Assembly (NCBI GenBank): GCA_963665665.1
Contig: OY762428.1
Span: forward strand, 1,312,001 to 1,376,000
Direction of reading: 5' to 3'
DNA length: 64,000 nucleotides
Source: Candidatus Kapaibacterium sp.
GTDB lineage: Bacteria > Bacteroidota > Ignavibacteria > Kapaibacteriales > UBA2268
Part shown: positions 11,580 to 23,046 of the stretch, one piece after another
Layout of the letters: each line of letters starts with the position of its first letter
Numbering within the stretch: position 1 is the first letter of the stretch
Made by a program: the position numbers and the translations under genes
The notes under the pieces: generated by a model
Seen by the model: only the letters and a program-made list of their open reading frames with translations
Database searches by the model: none
Told to the model about the DNA's origin: nothing

Positions 11580-12311
11580 ATGAACAAAAAATTCCGCAAT
11601 TTCTTTACTGCTTTAATGGCTTTTGTTGTTTGCGCATCATTTAGTTACGCACAGAGCCTTGAATTCACACATCTGGAAACTGAGAAAACGGTTAATCCGG
11701 ATTCTTCATCTGCTGTTTTCCACGCCACTGTAAAAAACATCAGTTCTTCTGACGTCAGCGTTAAAATCACAGTGACCGAAGTTTCGGGTGAAGATGATTA
11801 CGACGTTTCCTGGTGCGATCCGAACTCATGTTATTTCCTTATGAATAATCCTCAGACTTCACCAGCATTCACATTAACCCCCGACGGAACAACCGAAGAA
11901 CAGTTCCATCTTGAAATATCTCCTTACGGTATTGAGGGTACATCAGTTGTGAAAGTTCGTTTTTTCAATGTTAATGATGAGAATGATTACATTGAGTTTG
12001 AAGCAATCGCAACTTTCGACAAAACAACATCTGTTACAAAGTTTACTATTCTTGAGAATAATTTCTCATCATTTGCCCCCAACCCGGCAAATAATGCTAC
12101 TTCATTTGATTTTGACCTTACCGGAATAGCAGATAAATCAACACTTGAAATTCACAGTGCTACCGGTGCTTTGGTAAAAACAATTAATATTACAAACCAT
12201 AGTGGAAATGTAACTATAAATACTTCAGATTTACCTCAGGGTATTTACTATTGCACATTGTTTGTTAACAGCGAAACAAGAAAAACACGGATTCTATCCG
12301 TAACAAGATAA
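11580..12311 (+). CDS. Secreted protein with T9SS type A sorting domain
   Basis: Signal peptide; C-terminal PNPANN...DLPQGIYY...ILSVTR. Confidence 0.8.
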   Translation: MNKKFRNFFTALMAFVVCASFSYAQSLEFTHLETEKTVNPDSSSAVFHATVKNISSSDVSVKITVTEVSGEDDYDVSWCDPNSCYFLMNNPQTSPAFTLTPDGTTEEQFHLEISPYGIEGTSVVKVRFFNVNDENDYIEFEAIATFDKTTSVTKFTILENNFSSFAPNPANNATSFDFDLTGIADKSTLEIHSATGALVKTINITNHSGNVTINTSDLPQGIYYCTLFVNSETRKTRILSVTR

Positions 12312-12337
12312 AACCTGAAAACAGGAACTCCCCACAT

Positions 12338-12368
12338 AAAACCATCCCCGACCCGGGATGGTTTTTTA
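12338..12368 (+). terminator. Intrinsic terminator
   Basis: aaaaccatccc...gggatggttttttt. Confidence 0.75.
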
Positions 12369-12870
12369 TTGAATATTGGAAGAATATATATTAATTATAA
12401 TAAATAATTTTTGGTGCTTTATAAGTTGTCATTATTCACTATTCATTACAATCCTTTGTTAATTATTGATTCAAACCAGCAAATATATTAACACAAAACA
12501 TAAGAAATCATTACAATATTTTTGTATATTTTTTTGTAACAAAATGTTCTAATAATATTATTCCAACAGTATAATATATTTATTAAACAATATATTATAA
12601 GATTTATAATTTGGTATTTAATAAAATAATATCAAAAAATATGAATTTTTATGTAACATTTCCAAATTCCTGTTGTTATTATTATTGAAGTTCGAAATAA
12701 TCAAATTATCCCTGCAAACTACAAAGGAATTATTTGAAATGTGGCTTATTGTGTTCTTTGAATACTATGAATAATTCTGTGTTGATTCGATTTTAAAACG
12801 AAAAATTTTAGATTTGATTTTAATTCATATTCCAATAAAATCATTTTTTTTATTTATCAGGGGATTTTTA

Positions 12871-15800
12871 ATGGATACTACTAAACTAATCAGGCATTTA
12901 ATAGCAATTGCTTTTTTCGTTGCAATTGCCATTAGCGGTGCAAAAGCGCAGCTTTTAACGGAGTATACCGTCATGGAATACGATGGTGTTTATACTCCGA
13001 TTTCAGGCATTTACCTTGGGGGAGGCGACTTTGCCTCTTACAGGGTTGATCTACCCTTTACTTTCATCTACGACGAACAGGAAATCACCTGGGTACAATG
13101 TGGCACAAAGGGCTGGATGTCCCTAAATTGGAATTACGGTACCTGGTATCCATATTCGCCAACTGAGAGTGCGAATATTATAGCTTTCAATGCTTGCGAT
13201 TTGCTTGTTGACGGCGAAATTTCATACGAAGTACAGGGATCTGCTCCAAACAGAGTGGTTGTATTTCAATGGCGAAACACCAGATACTATAGTGGGAGTA
13301 GTGTCTGGGTAGATTGCCAGGTAAAACTTTACGAATCATCGAATAAAATCGAGATTGTCTGGGACGAACCTCATAACCTTGGTTATTACACAGGGGGATG
13401 CTTTGTTACCGGCTCTACAATAACCCGGTATATAAACGTTAAGCCGGGTGATCCTTCAACATTCTATTATAGTAATGTTAATCCAAATACAACAACCTGG
13501 ATTAATACTGCTGCGGCTCCATATCTATATGCAGGGAAGACTTTTGCATTTACAACCTACCCGAGCCTTGTGGGGGCTTATCCTCCACAGGATGCTATCC
13601 TTAGCAGGGGTAACATTATTAGTGGAGATAATAAACCTGGGGTAAGACTTGAAAATATGCAGATGGACGGCGTTTATGTAAAATACTCGATTGAAGGTCC
13701 GCTGCCTGCCAGCAACCCGCAATTCGGAACAGTTTATACTGCTACAGTTGAGGGAAATACCAGTGAGGATTTAATACAGGTATATAATGAAGGCATTACA
13801 AGATTTACTCACGCAACAGGCCTGATTGCAAAAACGTCACCTGACAATGACGGCGATATCGACCTGCTGACAAATGAACTCAGTATTCCCGGCGGTACAT
13901 ATAAAATTAAAGCAGAATTACAGTTGCCTTCTGCCGAATATGTGCAGGAACTACCTGATCAAACATTTATTATTGCTCTTGAAAACGACCTTGCAATAAA
14001 CAGGATAATTTCTCCAAAACCGAAAGAAGAAAAGAAATACCCGCTTTCAACAGGCCGCATCCGTGTGCAGTGCAGGGTTCAGAATTTTGGTATCAATGAT
14101 GTATATGAATTTGAAGCTAACGCTATAATATATAAAGACGGTGAAGAAGTTTATGATGAAGATGTCGAATGGTCATCGGCAAATCCACTTGTTACCGGAG
14201 ATTATGTTGATATAAGCTTCCCGGATTATCGCCCTTATGAAACAGGCGATTATGATATAGTATTCAGTGTTAGTACAGTTGGTGTTCAGGACAATGACCT
14301 GACAAATAACACATGGCCAAAGCCAGGCGAACACTTTTGGTTCGAAGTTGCTCATGAGATTGAAGCTGAGGCAGTTGAAATTATTAATCCTGTGGGCGAA
14401 GTATTTGTAGGCCGTCCGGTCAGGCCTTTGGCAAAATTCCAGAATAACGGTGTTTCTGATATTTCCGATATTGATGCTGTAATGGTTATCACAAATTCCA
14501 ATGGCGATGAAGTATACAGAAGTCCGATTATCATTCAGGATATTCCACAGGGAAGGTCAAATAAAGTTATTGCTGACTTCGACGATTTTATTCCTCCGGC
14601 AGCAGGGAATTACACTGCATGTATCACAATTACATCTAATGATGACCCCGTAACTGAGAATAACTCAGTTTGTGAAGATTTCTCTGTTGTTGAAGCTCTC
14701 AGCGGTACATATACAATAGGAACGCTTAACGAAGGAAATAATCGTAATTTCCCGACCTTTAAAGCAGCTCTTGATATTCTTTACCAAAGAGGGATGACTG
14801 GCCCGGTTACATTTGAACTTACAGATGCTGTATATAATATCAGTTCTCATGAAGATTCAAACCAGCCGGCTATAGATATGAGTTCAACAATTGTCGGACT
14901 TAGCGAAGATCAGCCGATATTATTCAAAGCATCAAGTCAGCGTGCTGTTTACCGTGCAGGTGTTAAAATCAACATGAATTCTGACAATGGTGTTGGTATC
15001 CTGATGGGGCAGAACCTGCTTCCTTCAAACTCAAATGCACCTGTACACATTGTCAGGTCCGGTAATAAGAAAAACTATTCTAACTTCCCCGGATATGTAA
15101 CATTTGACGGCGGTGCTAACAAAGCTTTACAATTTTCTATCGACAGTGATGAAGATTTCAGGACTGTATTCTATCTTTCCCAGGGTACATCAAACGTTAC
15201 TATTAAGAACTGTATCATCAAAGGTGATTACAACACTACACCTTCATTTGATGCAAAACTTCCGAAGATGGTTTTCAACTCTGCACAGAGCCAGTTTCTT
15301 TATGAAGAGAATATACGTTCTTACGAAACTTTCAGTGCCGGGATTCTTCTTAGGAGTGTTCCACCCACAACAAGGGAAACTGCTAATCTTTACGCCCTTG
15401 ATTCACTGTTCAACCAGAACAACGTAATCGAGAACAACGAGATCACAGGCTTTGGTTATGGTATAGCATCAATGGGTATGGGCGTACTGTTCAAACAGGA
15501 AGCCAACAACTTCGTAAAATACTACAACATGAATAACGAGTATAAAGACAATGTTATCCATAATGTAAGCCGCGCAGCTATATTCCTTGGTTCCGAGCAG
15601 AACTCAACGATCAAAAACAACAGGATATATGAAATCAACGGCGTAAGCGGCATGGACGCAGCCGGTATTATCCTTGGCGGCGACGCAGAACGCGACTGGT
15701 TCGGTTACAACGTAATCGACATCACAGTTGACGGCAACGAAATAAGCGAAATCGACGGCGACTACGAAATCCGCGGAATCAAAGTATCCCAGGATCCTAT

Positions 15801-18405
15801 CGTTATGCAGGCTCCGGGCGGCGGACTTTCCTTCTATCCTGACAGGGCAGAAACAGTTGTAATTAAAAACAACGTTATCCGCAACTTAAATCCTGAAAAT
15901 GCAGACGTGAAACGCTGCGGTATCCAGCTTTCAACACAGCGTGCAGGCATTGCAGACGAATACATGAATATACTTACACCTGCAAGGAAAGATTATCTTT
16001 CACGCAATGACATAATAGCAAACAATACTATCATCATCACAGATGACGCTGTTGAAAACGTAGGCGCAACAGCAGGTATCATGCTTCAGCAGGTAGACGG
16101 CGCAGTTCTCAAGAACAATGCAATCGCCTTTGAAGACGAAGAATTTGCAGACAATGCATACACAACAACAGCTATCCTGCTCCAGAGCGAATGGCCTGAA
16201 TGGGGTGCAGTAACATCCGACAGGAATGCCTTCGACATGGGCAATGCCAATGCAGACCTCATCCGCTTCATCCACATGGACGAAGACCAGAACGTAATAG
16301 AATACGGCCAGACAGATGAATTTGCAAACATAGCACAGTGGCAGGTATGGACAAAACAGGATGAGAACTCCGTAGTAGGCGAGTTCATAGGCGACCTTGA
16401 CTATACAGGCAACTATCCCTACCAGCTTCGCGTTGTATCGGATCCTTATCCTCTTGGATGTATCCTTAACAACCGCGGCGGCGAAGTAACAGAAGTAGAA
16501 TATGACATCGACGGCAACCTTCGCGGAGCAGCAGGCCAGCGTTACGACATCGGCGCCTTTGAATTCTCAGGCCGCATGTATGTAAGCGACGTAGAAATGC
16601 TTAACGTACCAACACCGGGCGCATACAGGGCCGGCATGGGTACATTCAGCGATGCAGAATACATAATGACAGAAGCCCCGACAAACATCGTGGCAAGCCT
16701 GAGGAACAACGGTACACTTCAGCAGTCAAACATCAATGTATATGCAAAGATCTATCGCGAACAGCCTGACGGATCATTCTCTGATACAGTAGAAATAGAA
16801 ACAACAGTAAAAACAAGCATTCCAACAACAGAATCAGTTAACGTTGACTTCCTTCTTGATGACCAGGACGGCGTAGACTTCTATCCTCAGACTTACGGCG
16901 AACTTGGCTTCTACAATGTACCTGATCATTTTGCAGGTATGGAATCCAATGTAACACCACGCTACAGGATAGTAATCTCGGTAGAATCAGACCAGTATAA
17001 CTCTAATAATGTTATCGACAAAGTTGTACGTTTCTATGTTAAACGTTCATCACTCGGCCTTCTGGCATCAGCCAGGGATATTGCCACAGAAATCTACTGG
17101 GGCGAACCGACAACAGACGAGATAGCCGGTAAGCTGAACCTTGACAGCCTTCGTGAAGGCCTCCGCAAAGTCGGCTGGGTATCAGACCTTGGCGAAGGAC
17201 AGTATGATATAGACCTGTTCAACAGGCTCGGCTGGGAACCCAGGTCAGTAAACTACACAATGTACAAAACACTTCTCTGGTCAGACGGTGATGAAAACAC
17301 AATGAGCAGATACGAGAAGATGGACATTGAAAGCTTCCTTGAAGGCGGCATGCAGAATGATAAGAAAAACCTTGTAATAGGTTCACAGGAACTTGTACGC
17401 CAGCTTGGCGGCAATGCATCCTCACTTGATTATGATCCTGACTTCCTTGATGAAGTATTCAGGGCCGAATACGTAACACCTGGCAACCCGATGGGCGCCG
17501 GGGTTAGCAACAGCGGAAATACTGCAATCGGTATCTCGGTAGGAACAAACCTTGAAAATGCAATCGTGGCTACAAACTATGAATTTGCAGAAGATGAAGA
17601 TCCTTACTGCTCACTGATGAAAGTAACACAAAACGGTGAAGGCCTTGCAAGGCCGGCATATTACTATACAACACATACAGCCACACCTTCGGACAGTACA
17701 CTTGGCGTGGCAGTAACATCCCTAAGCAAGAACATCGTGACACTTGGCGTTGACTGGCGTCACTGGGCAGACATGGAAGACGTTCTTCGCCAGGTACTTG
17801 ACTTCCTGGATCAGAACGGCGGATCGGTAGTACCGGTAGAACTTACAAGCTTCGATGCTATAGCAGCAGGCCAGAGGGTTGACCTTAGCTGGGAAACAGC
17901 AAGTGAATACAAATCCTCACACTTCGAGATAGAAAAAGCCGAAGTAAGCCAGGCAGGCATGGGTTCATTCATGCAGATCGGACGTATGAAAGCAGCCGGA
18001 ACAAGCAGCTATGCCAAACAGTACGGCCCTGTGGTTGACTATGATGTAAACTATGGCAATACTTACGCATACCGCCTGAAAATGGTTGACATTGACGGAA
18101 GCTACGACTACAGCGATGAAGAAGTAGTAACAATCGGTGGTAATGAAATGATCTCGCTCGGCGAGGCATATCCGAACCCGAGTAAAGAATCAGCTAAGTT
18201 CAAACTTACAACTGGCAACGATGTAAATGTAAGCATCGATCTTTATGACATGAGCGGCAAGCTTGTACGCAACGTACTCAGCGAAACAACAAGCGGAACA
18301 GTAACAGTTGAAGTGGATACCCGCGACCTTACAAGCGGCAGCTACACACTTGTTCTTCGCAGCGGCTCAACAATCATCAACAGGACAGTACGCGTTGTTA
18401 AGTAA
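12871..18405 (+). CDS. Large secreted protein (CARDB/Ig-like repeats, parallel beta-helix region, T9SS type A sorting domain)
   Basis: Signal peptide from ATG 12871; NN-rich beta-helix repeats; DIDGNLR...YDIGAFEF; PVELTSF and YPNPS...SGSYTL C-terminal sorting motifs. Confidence 0.85.
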   Translation: MDTTKLIRHLIAIAFFVAIAISGAKAQLLTEYTVMEYDGVYTPISGIYLGGGDFASYRVDLPFTFIYDEQEITWVQCGTKGWMSLNWNYGTWYPYSPTESANIIAFNACDLLVDGEISYEVQGSAPNRVVVFQWRNTRYYSGSSVWVDCQVKLYESSNKIEIVWDEPHNLGYYTGGCFVTGSTITRYINVKPGDPSTFYYSNVNPNTTTWINTAAAPYLYAGKTFAFTTYPSLVGAYPPQDAILSRGNIISGDNKPGVRLENMQMDGVYVKYSIEGPLPASNPQFGTVYTATVEGNTSEDLIQVYNEGITRFTHATGLIAKTSPDNDGDIDLLTNELSIPGGTYKIKAELQLPSAEYVQELPDQTFIIALENDLAINRIISPKPKEEKKYPLSTGRIRVQCRVQNFGINDVYEFEANAIIYKDGEEVYDEDVEWSSANPLVTGDYVDISFPDYRPYETGDYDIVFSVSTVGVQDNDLTNNTWPKPGEHFWFEVAHEIEAEAVEIINPVGEVFVGRPVRPLAKFQNNGVSDISDIDAVMVITNSNGDEVYRSPIIIQDIPQGRSNKVIADFDDFIPPAAGNYTACITITSNDDPVTENNSVCEDFSVVEALSGTYTIGTLNEGNNRNFPTFKAALDILYQRGMTGPVTFELTDAVYNISSHEDSNQPAIDMSSTIVGLSEDQPILFKASSQRAVYRAGVKINMNSDNGVGILMGQNLLPSNSNAPVHIVRSGNKKNYSNFPGYVTFDGGANKALQFSIDSDEDFRTVFYLSQGTSNVTIKNCIIKGDYNTTPSFDAKLPKMVFNSAQSQFLYEENIRSYETFSAGILLRSVPPTTRETANLYALDSLFNQNNVIENNEITGFGYGIASMGMGVLFKQEANNFVKYYNMNNEYKDNVIHNVSRAAIFLGSEQNSTIKNNRIYEINGVSGMDAAGIILGGDAERDWFGYNVIDITVDGNEISEIDGDYEIRGIKVSQDPIVMQAPGGGLSFYPDRAETVVIKNNVIRNLNPENADVKRCGIQLSTQRAGIADEYMNILTPARKDYLSRNDIIANNTIIITDDAVENVGATAGIMLQQVDGAVLKNNAIAFEDEEFADNAYTTTAILLQSEWPEWGAVTSDRNAFDMGNANADLIRFIHMDEDQNVIEYGQTDEFANIAQWQVWTKQDENSVVGEFIGDLDYTGNYPYQLRVVSDPYPLGCILNNRGGEVTEVEYDIDGNLRGAAGQRYDIGAFEFSGRMYVSDVEMLNVPTPGAYRAGMGTFSDAEYIMTEAPTNIVASLRNNGTLQQSNINVYAKIYREQPDGSFSDTVEIETTVKTSIPTTESVNVDFLLDDQDGVDFYPQTYGELGFYNVPDHFAGMESNVTPRYRIVISVESDQYNSNNVIDKVVRFYVKRSSLGLLASARDIATEIYWGEPTTDEIAGKLNLDSLREGLRKVGWVSDLGEGQYDIDLFNRLGWEPRSVNYTMYKTLLWSDGDENTMSRYEKMDIESFLEGGMQNDKKNLVIGSQELVRQLGGNASSLDYDPDFLDEVFRAEYVTPGNPMGAGVSNSGNTAIGISVGTNLENAIVATNYEFAEDEDPYCSLMKVTQNGEGLARPAYYYTTHTATPSDSTLGVAVTSLSKNIVTLGVDWRHWADMEDVLRQVLDFLDQNGGSVVPVELTSFDAIAAGQRVDLSWETASEYKSSHFEIEKAEVSQAGMGSFMQIGRMKAAGTSSYAKQYGPVVDYDVNYGNTYAYRLKMVDIDGSYDYSDEEVVTIGGNEMISLGEAYPNPSKESAKFKLTTGNDVNVSIDLYDMSGKLVRNVLSETTSGTVTVEVDTRDLTSGSYTLVLRSGSTIINRTVRVVK

Positions 18406-18447
18406 TCATCCTTAACAGCTGAAGAATAATTCTTATAATAAGAAAAG

Positions 18448-18475
18448 AACCCCGGGGCAAAGCCCCGGGGTTTTT
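18448..18475 (+). terminator. Intrinsic terminator
   Basis: aaccccggggc-aaa-gccccggggttttt. Confidence 0.8.
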
Positions 18476-18611
18476 AATTTTGTAATTGAGTTTTCTTTTC
18501 AAAATATGTTTTTAAATTTTTAATTATTTTCACTATATATGAAATGGAACAATAAGTTTCATTAAAACAGTAATCTTAAAATTATTTATTCACTTTGAAA
18601 TTTTAAAAATC

Positions 18612-19505
18612 ATGATTATACTTCCTCCGGACAACAATTTCCTTGCTGAAGATATTGGGCATTTTGAAGATTGCAAAATAGCAATACTTTCTGCACCTTA
18701 TGAACATACTGTTTCCTATGGTGGCGGAGCGGGTAAAGGGCCTGAAGCGATAATCAATGCCAGTGCATACGTAGAGTTTTATGATGATGAATTCGACAGA
18801 GAACTGTGCTTTGAGAAGGGCATTGCAACTATCGAACCAATAAAGTTTAATGGCAGGATCGATAAAGCAGCTTTGGATTTGATAGAAGAAAATGTGAGTT
18901 CCCTGCTGGAAAAAGACAAATTCGTTGTTACACTTGGCGGAGAGCATACTATTTCCACTGCTCCTATTGCAGCTCATTTTAAAAAATATCCCGATATGAG
19001 TATCCTGCATTTCGATGCGCATTCCGACCTTAGAGACAGTTACGAAGGCAATATTTATTCGCATGCTTCTTTCATGGCCAGAGTAGCGGAGTTTTTCCCT
19101 CCTGAAAGGATTACCCAGGTCGGTATAAGGGCTCAATGCAGGGAAGAACGGCAATTTATCAGGGATAATAGCATCAATACTTTTTTTGCTTCTGAAATCA
19201 GAAGGGGAATTTACAGCGAAAACTGGCAAAAAGAAATTGTTAAAACACTCGGCAAAAATATTTATATAACATTTGATCTGGATTACTTTGATCCGGCAAT
19301 AATGCCAGCAACAGGAACACCTGAACCTGACGGTTTTCTTTACAGTGAAACTTTGGATATTTTCAGAGACATAGCCACGCAGGGTAAAAATATTATTGGC
19401 TTTGATGTTGTTGAACTGGCCCCTGTGGATGGATTGAATCATCCTGATATGCTGGCAGCAAGACTGGTTTACAAATTGCTGAATTTTTCTTTCTGCAAAA
19501 AATAA
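18612..19505 (+). CDS. speB: Agmatinase
   Basis: GGEHTIS, HFDAHSDL, DLDYFDP, PATGTPEPDG ureohydrolase motifs. Confidence 0.9.
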   Translation: MIILPPDNNFLAEDIGHFEDCKIAILSAPYEHTVSYGGGAGKGPEAIINASAYVEFYDDEFDRELCFEKGIATIEPIKFNGRIDKAALDLIEENVSSLLEKDKFVVTLGGEHTISTAPIAAHFKKYPDMSILHFDAHSDLRDSYEGNIYSHASFMARVAEFFPPERITQVGIRAQCREERQFIRDNSINTFFASEIRRGIYSENWQKEIVKTLGKNIYITFDLDYFDPAIMPATGTPEPDGFLYSETLDIFRDIATQGKNIIGFDVVELAPVDGLNHPDMLAARLVYKLLNFSFCKK

Positions 19506-19577
19506 TCTATCTTATAAGAAAGATGATTTATTAATTTTATAACTCTTAAATAATTTTATAAATATTTTATCAGTATT

Positions 19578-20414
19578 ATGGAATCATTACAAAAAAGAAT
19601 CCACAACATCTATACTCAATCAGAAAAATACTCACCCGACTCGGTTAAAGTATTTTTTTCAGAGTTCGTAGATATGCTTAATAACGGAATGATCAGGGCG
19701 GCTGAACCAGACAAAGAATGCAGCTGGAAAGTAAATACATGGGTAAAGGAAGGAATTCTTCTGCTTTTTAAATACAGTGAAATTACAGATATGTCAATCG
19801 ATAAGAACTTCAGGTTTTTCGATAAAGATACGCTACCACTGCGGCCGGCAACCCTTAACGACGGACTTAGGATAGTGCCGGGCGGCTCTTCTATCAGAAC
19901 TGGCTGTTATGTTGCGAAGGGCGTAATTTGCATGCCTCCGATGTACATTAATATTGGTTCTTATGTTGATGAAGGAACAATGATCGATTCCCATGCACTT
20001 GTTGGAACCTGTGCCCAGGTGGGTAAAAATGTACACCTTAGCGCAGCCTCGCAAATCGGCGGTGTACTGGAACCTCCCGGGGCAAGCCCTGTAATAGTTG
20101 AAGACGGCGTTATGATTGGGGGCAATTGCGGGATTTATGAAGGTGTAAGGATAAAGAAAAGAGCCGTACTTGGTTCCGGTGTAATTCTTACTGCTTCAAC
20201 TAAGGTTTTTGACCTGGTTAACGAAACAATTTTGAAATCCGAACCGGGTAAACCTCTGGAAATACCTGAGTCGGCTGTTGTTATTCCTGGTACAAGGCAA
20301 ATAAACAATGAATTCGGGAAGGAGCACGGCCTGTCAGTTTCATCTCCGATTATAATTAAATATCGCGATGAGAAAACTGATGCCAGAACGGCATTGGAAG
20401 ATACTTTAAGATAA
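19578..20414 (+). CDS. dapD: 2,3,4,5-tetrahydropyridine-2,6-dicarboxylate N-succinyltransferase
   Basis: [41 protein letters not shown]. Confidence 0.93.
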   Translation: MESLQKRIHNIYTQSEKYSPDSVKVFFSEFVDMLNNGMIRAAEPDKECSWKVNTWVKEGILLLFKYSEITDMSIDKNFRFFDKDTLPLRPATLNDGLRIVPGGSSIRTGCYVAKGVICMPPMYINIGSYVDEGTMIDSHALVGTCAQVGKNVHLSAASQIGGVLEPPGASPVIVEDGVMIGGNCGIYEGVRIKKRAVLGSGVILTASTKVFDLVNETILKSEPGKPLEIPESAVVIPGTRQINNEFGKEHGLSVSSPIIIKYRDEKTDARTALEDTLR

Positions 20415-20420
20415 TTCATA

Positions 20421-20442
20421 CGGCCGGGGTTAAAGCCGGCCG
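20421..20442. terminator. Hairpin between convergent dapD and kinase genes
   Basis: cggccgg...ccggccg stem; no strong U-run. Confidence 0.4.
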
Positions 20443-20446
20443 GGGA

Positions 20447-22477
20447 TTACTTGTTTTTGGGCAGTGTAATGATAAATTCACTGCCAATATGTAATTCGCT
20501 TGTAAAAGAAACTGTCCCGTTAATCCTTTCAATGTAATCTTTAACAATCGACAGTCCGAGGCCGGTACCTGTGATAGCCCCTACATTTCTGCCACGGTGG
20601 AATGTTTCCCATATCAGGTGTTTGTCCTCTTCAGGTATTCCAATGCCTTCGTCAGAAATTTTTATCAACGCATTGTTATCAACTTCCTGAATCAGAACGG
20701 AAACCTTCTTTCCGTTTGGAGAAAATTTAACTGCATTATTAATAATATTATTAACAACTACTTCAAGAATTCTGGTATCGGATTCAACAAACAAGTCATA
20801 AGGCGGGAATTCATAAACGATTCTGTGCTTATTGTTATCGATATCTTCCGTGCGGTTGATTGAAGATTTCACGAGACTGTTAATATTGATTTTCAGGAAT
20901 TGAACATCTTTCAGTTTTTCACTACGGTCAATTATCAGAATATTTTCCAGCAGATCTGTCATAAGGTCAATTGATTGTTTCACCCTTTCGATCTGCTTGT
21001 TAAATTTTTCGGTATTTCCTTCTTCAAAATATTTTTCAAGGATATAGGTTGAGGTCATCACCACAGTAAGAGGAGTTCTGTACTCATGTGATATCATAGA
21101 TATAAACCTGCTTTTCAGGTCATTTAATTGTTTTTCCTTCTCAAGAGAATCAGAAATCTTCTCTTTTGCAATAATAAGCTGTTCCTGAGTCTTCTTCCTT
21201 TCTTCATTTTCAATTTTCAGATTTTCCATAGCAACTTTAAGCTGTATGGTTCTTTCATCAACTATCTTTTCCAGGTCTTCGTTCAGTTTTCTGATCTGTT
21301 CTTCAGCAGCCTTTATTTCGCGAAGGTCCATAAATGTTTCCAGCAATACCGGCTCATCTTCCATACTGATTTCTATCACACTTTTAAGGATAGGTATATC
21401 AACATTATCTTTTGTCAGGAGGGTTCTTTCAGAGGAATCAACTTTTTGCCCAAAATCAATAATGGGGCATTTCCCAACTTCAGCCGGACAAACCGTTTTA
21501 TGGCATATTATGCAGTTTATTTCATCAAATGATTTATAACCCATTAAATTCAAAGCCGCATTGTTTGCCTGCCTGATCTTCTTGGTTTTATCAATTATCA
21601 TTATTCCGAAGGGCATGGAATCAATAACACGCTGAAGGAACGCCCCTGATTCTTTTAGCTTTTTGTTGGCTTTTTTTCTTTCCTTAATTTCATCAACAAG
21701 TTTAGCTGTTCTTTTTTCAACCTGAATTTCAAGTTTTTGATTCATATTTTTTAGTTCGTCATAGGCATTTGCAAGGTCACCAGTCATTTTATTGAATGAA
21801 TCAGCAAGTTTCTTTATTTCTCCCCCTCTTTTTGTTATAGCCCTTACTGAAAAATTTCCTTCGGCAACATCGCTCAGTTTTTTTGTGATCATTGATATGG
21901 GATTGAAATACATAGTCAGGATAAATACAGCCATCAGAAACCCGATTATCAGAATAATCGAGCTGAATATTGCAGTATAGTTTTTTAATTCGTTGATATT
22001 GGAGTTTATTTCTCGTAAAGAGTAGCAAATCACCAAAGTTCCCAGGCTTTGGTTCCTGTAATTAATCTCAGTACGTCCGAAAAATATATCTCTTTCATCA
22101 CAAAAGCCATTCTTTTTTTGCTTGATTTTCTCTTTTAAGAAATCAATATCGGAATTATCTTTGCTATAGAAATAAAACAACTCATCATCATTGGTATTTA
22201 TCTGTATTATTTCAATATTTCTGTTTAATTTCAGCCCCCTTACTGCATCTTCCACACTCTGAATATCATCAAAATATACACCGGGGCTTATTCCATAAGA
22301 AGTAATTGCTATTATATCATTTACTTTCTCTTTAATATTTTTTCTGGACAGATTATCAATACCCTGAACAAAGTATGAATATATAATCACGGTAAGGCCT
22401 GCTATCAGAAAAAAGAAAGAAAGCAGAAGCTTAGTTCTGATAGATATTCTGTTCAGGTATGATCTTAATTTGTTCAT
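20447..22477 (-). CDS. Sensor histidine kinase (periplasmic domain, HAMP, PAS)
   Basis: Two TMs, HAMP (EIKKLADSFNKM), PAS with CHKTVC, H-box ISHEYRTP, NAVKFS, GTGLGL. Confidence 0.92.
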   Translation of the reverse strand: MNKLRSYLNRISIRTKLLLSFFFLIAGLTVIIYSYFVQGIDNLSRKNIKEKVNDIIAITSYGISPGVYFDDIQSVEDAVRGLKLNRNIEIIQINTNDDELFYFYSKDNSDIDFLKEKIKQKKNGFCDERDIFFGRTEINYRNQSLGTLVICYSLREINSNINELKNYTAIFSSIILIIGFLMAVFILTMYFNPISMITKKLSDVAEGNFSVRAITKRGGEIKKLADSFNKMTGDLANAYDELKNMNQKLEIQVEKRTAKLVDEIKERKKANKKLKESGAFLQRVIDSMPFGIMIIDKTKKIRQANNAALNLMGYKSFDEINCIICHKTVCPAEVGKCPIIDFGQKVDSSERTLLTKDNVDIPILKSVIEISMEDEPVLLETFMDLREIKAAEEQIRKLNEDLEKIVDERTIQLKVAMENLKIENEERKKTQEQLIIAKEKISDSLEKEKQLNDLKSRFISMISHEYRTPLTVVMTSTYILEKYFEEGNTEKFNKQIERVKQSIDLMTDLLENILIIDRSEKLKDVQFLKININSLVKSSINRTEDIDNNKHRIVYEFPPYDLFVESDTRILEVVVNNIINNAVKFSPNGKKVSVLIQEVDNNALIKISDEGIGIPEEDKHLIWETFHRGRNVGAITGTGLGLSIVKDYIERINGTVSFTSELHIGSEFIITLPKNK

Positions 22478-22479
22478 AA

Positions 22480-23046
22480 TTAGTCGATAAGCCGTGATAT
22501 TCTCAAAATTTGTGAACTTAGTTTTGCCCCTTCAAGTTTTGATGCTTTCAGGTTGATCAATATCTTTGGTTTACTGTTGAAAAGGTCTATCCCAACGGAT
22601 ATGCCTTTCACAACATATTCAGGAACAGCTGTAAACGAAAGCATTTTGCTTTTCCTGCATTCTTCGGATATATCACTGATCTTAAAGGCCCTTAATGGCA
22701 AAACATATATAATATTGATTTTCTTTTTATCAATTGATTTTGCCCATTCGTTAGTTTTATCCAGATTGATACCATTTATTATAATTTTCCTGTTACTGAA
22801 AACATTTTTATAGTTATTGATTATCTCATCGCTAATTTTTTTATAAGCCGAAAATGATTCTTTGTAGTTTTCCTGATATAAAATATTTACAACCACATCA
22901 TCATCTTTATCAATCAGGTTCCGTTCGAATGTCAGGACTTTTAAAAATATTTTTGCCTGGATACTTTCAGGAACAGTAATACTTTGTGATTTCATACCAG
23001 AAATCACAAATAAAAGCAAAAATAATATTATCATTGTCCTGTTCAT
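22480..23046 (-). CDS. YfiR/HmsC-family periplasmic protein
   Basis: Signal peptide; C-terminal KILINLKASKLEGAKLSSQILRIS; position between TonB receptor and kinase. Confidence 0.8.
   Translation of the reverse strand: MNRTMIILFLLLFVISGMKSQSITVPESIQAKIFLKVLTFERNLIDKDDDVVVNILYQENYKESFSAYKKISDEIINNYKNVFSNRKIIINGINLDKTNEWAKSIDKKKINIIYVLPLRAFKISDISEECRKSKMLSFTAVPEYVVKGISVGIDLFNSKPKILINLKASKLEGAKLSSQILRISRLID

Noticed and set aside
12370-12870. Long AT-rich intergenic region as ncRNA or riboswitch
   Set aside because: No convincing structure or known motif visible; likewise no tRNA or rRNA seen anywhere in the window
18603-19442. 279-aa minus-strand ORF
   Set aside because: Antisense shadow of speB
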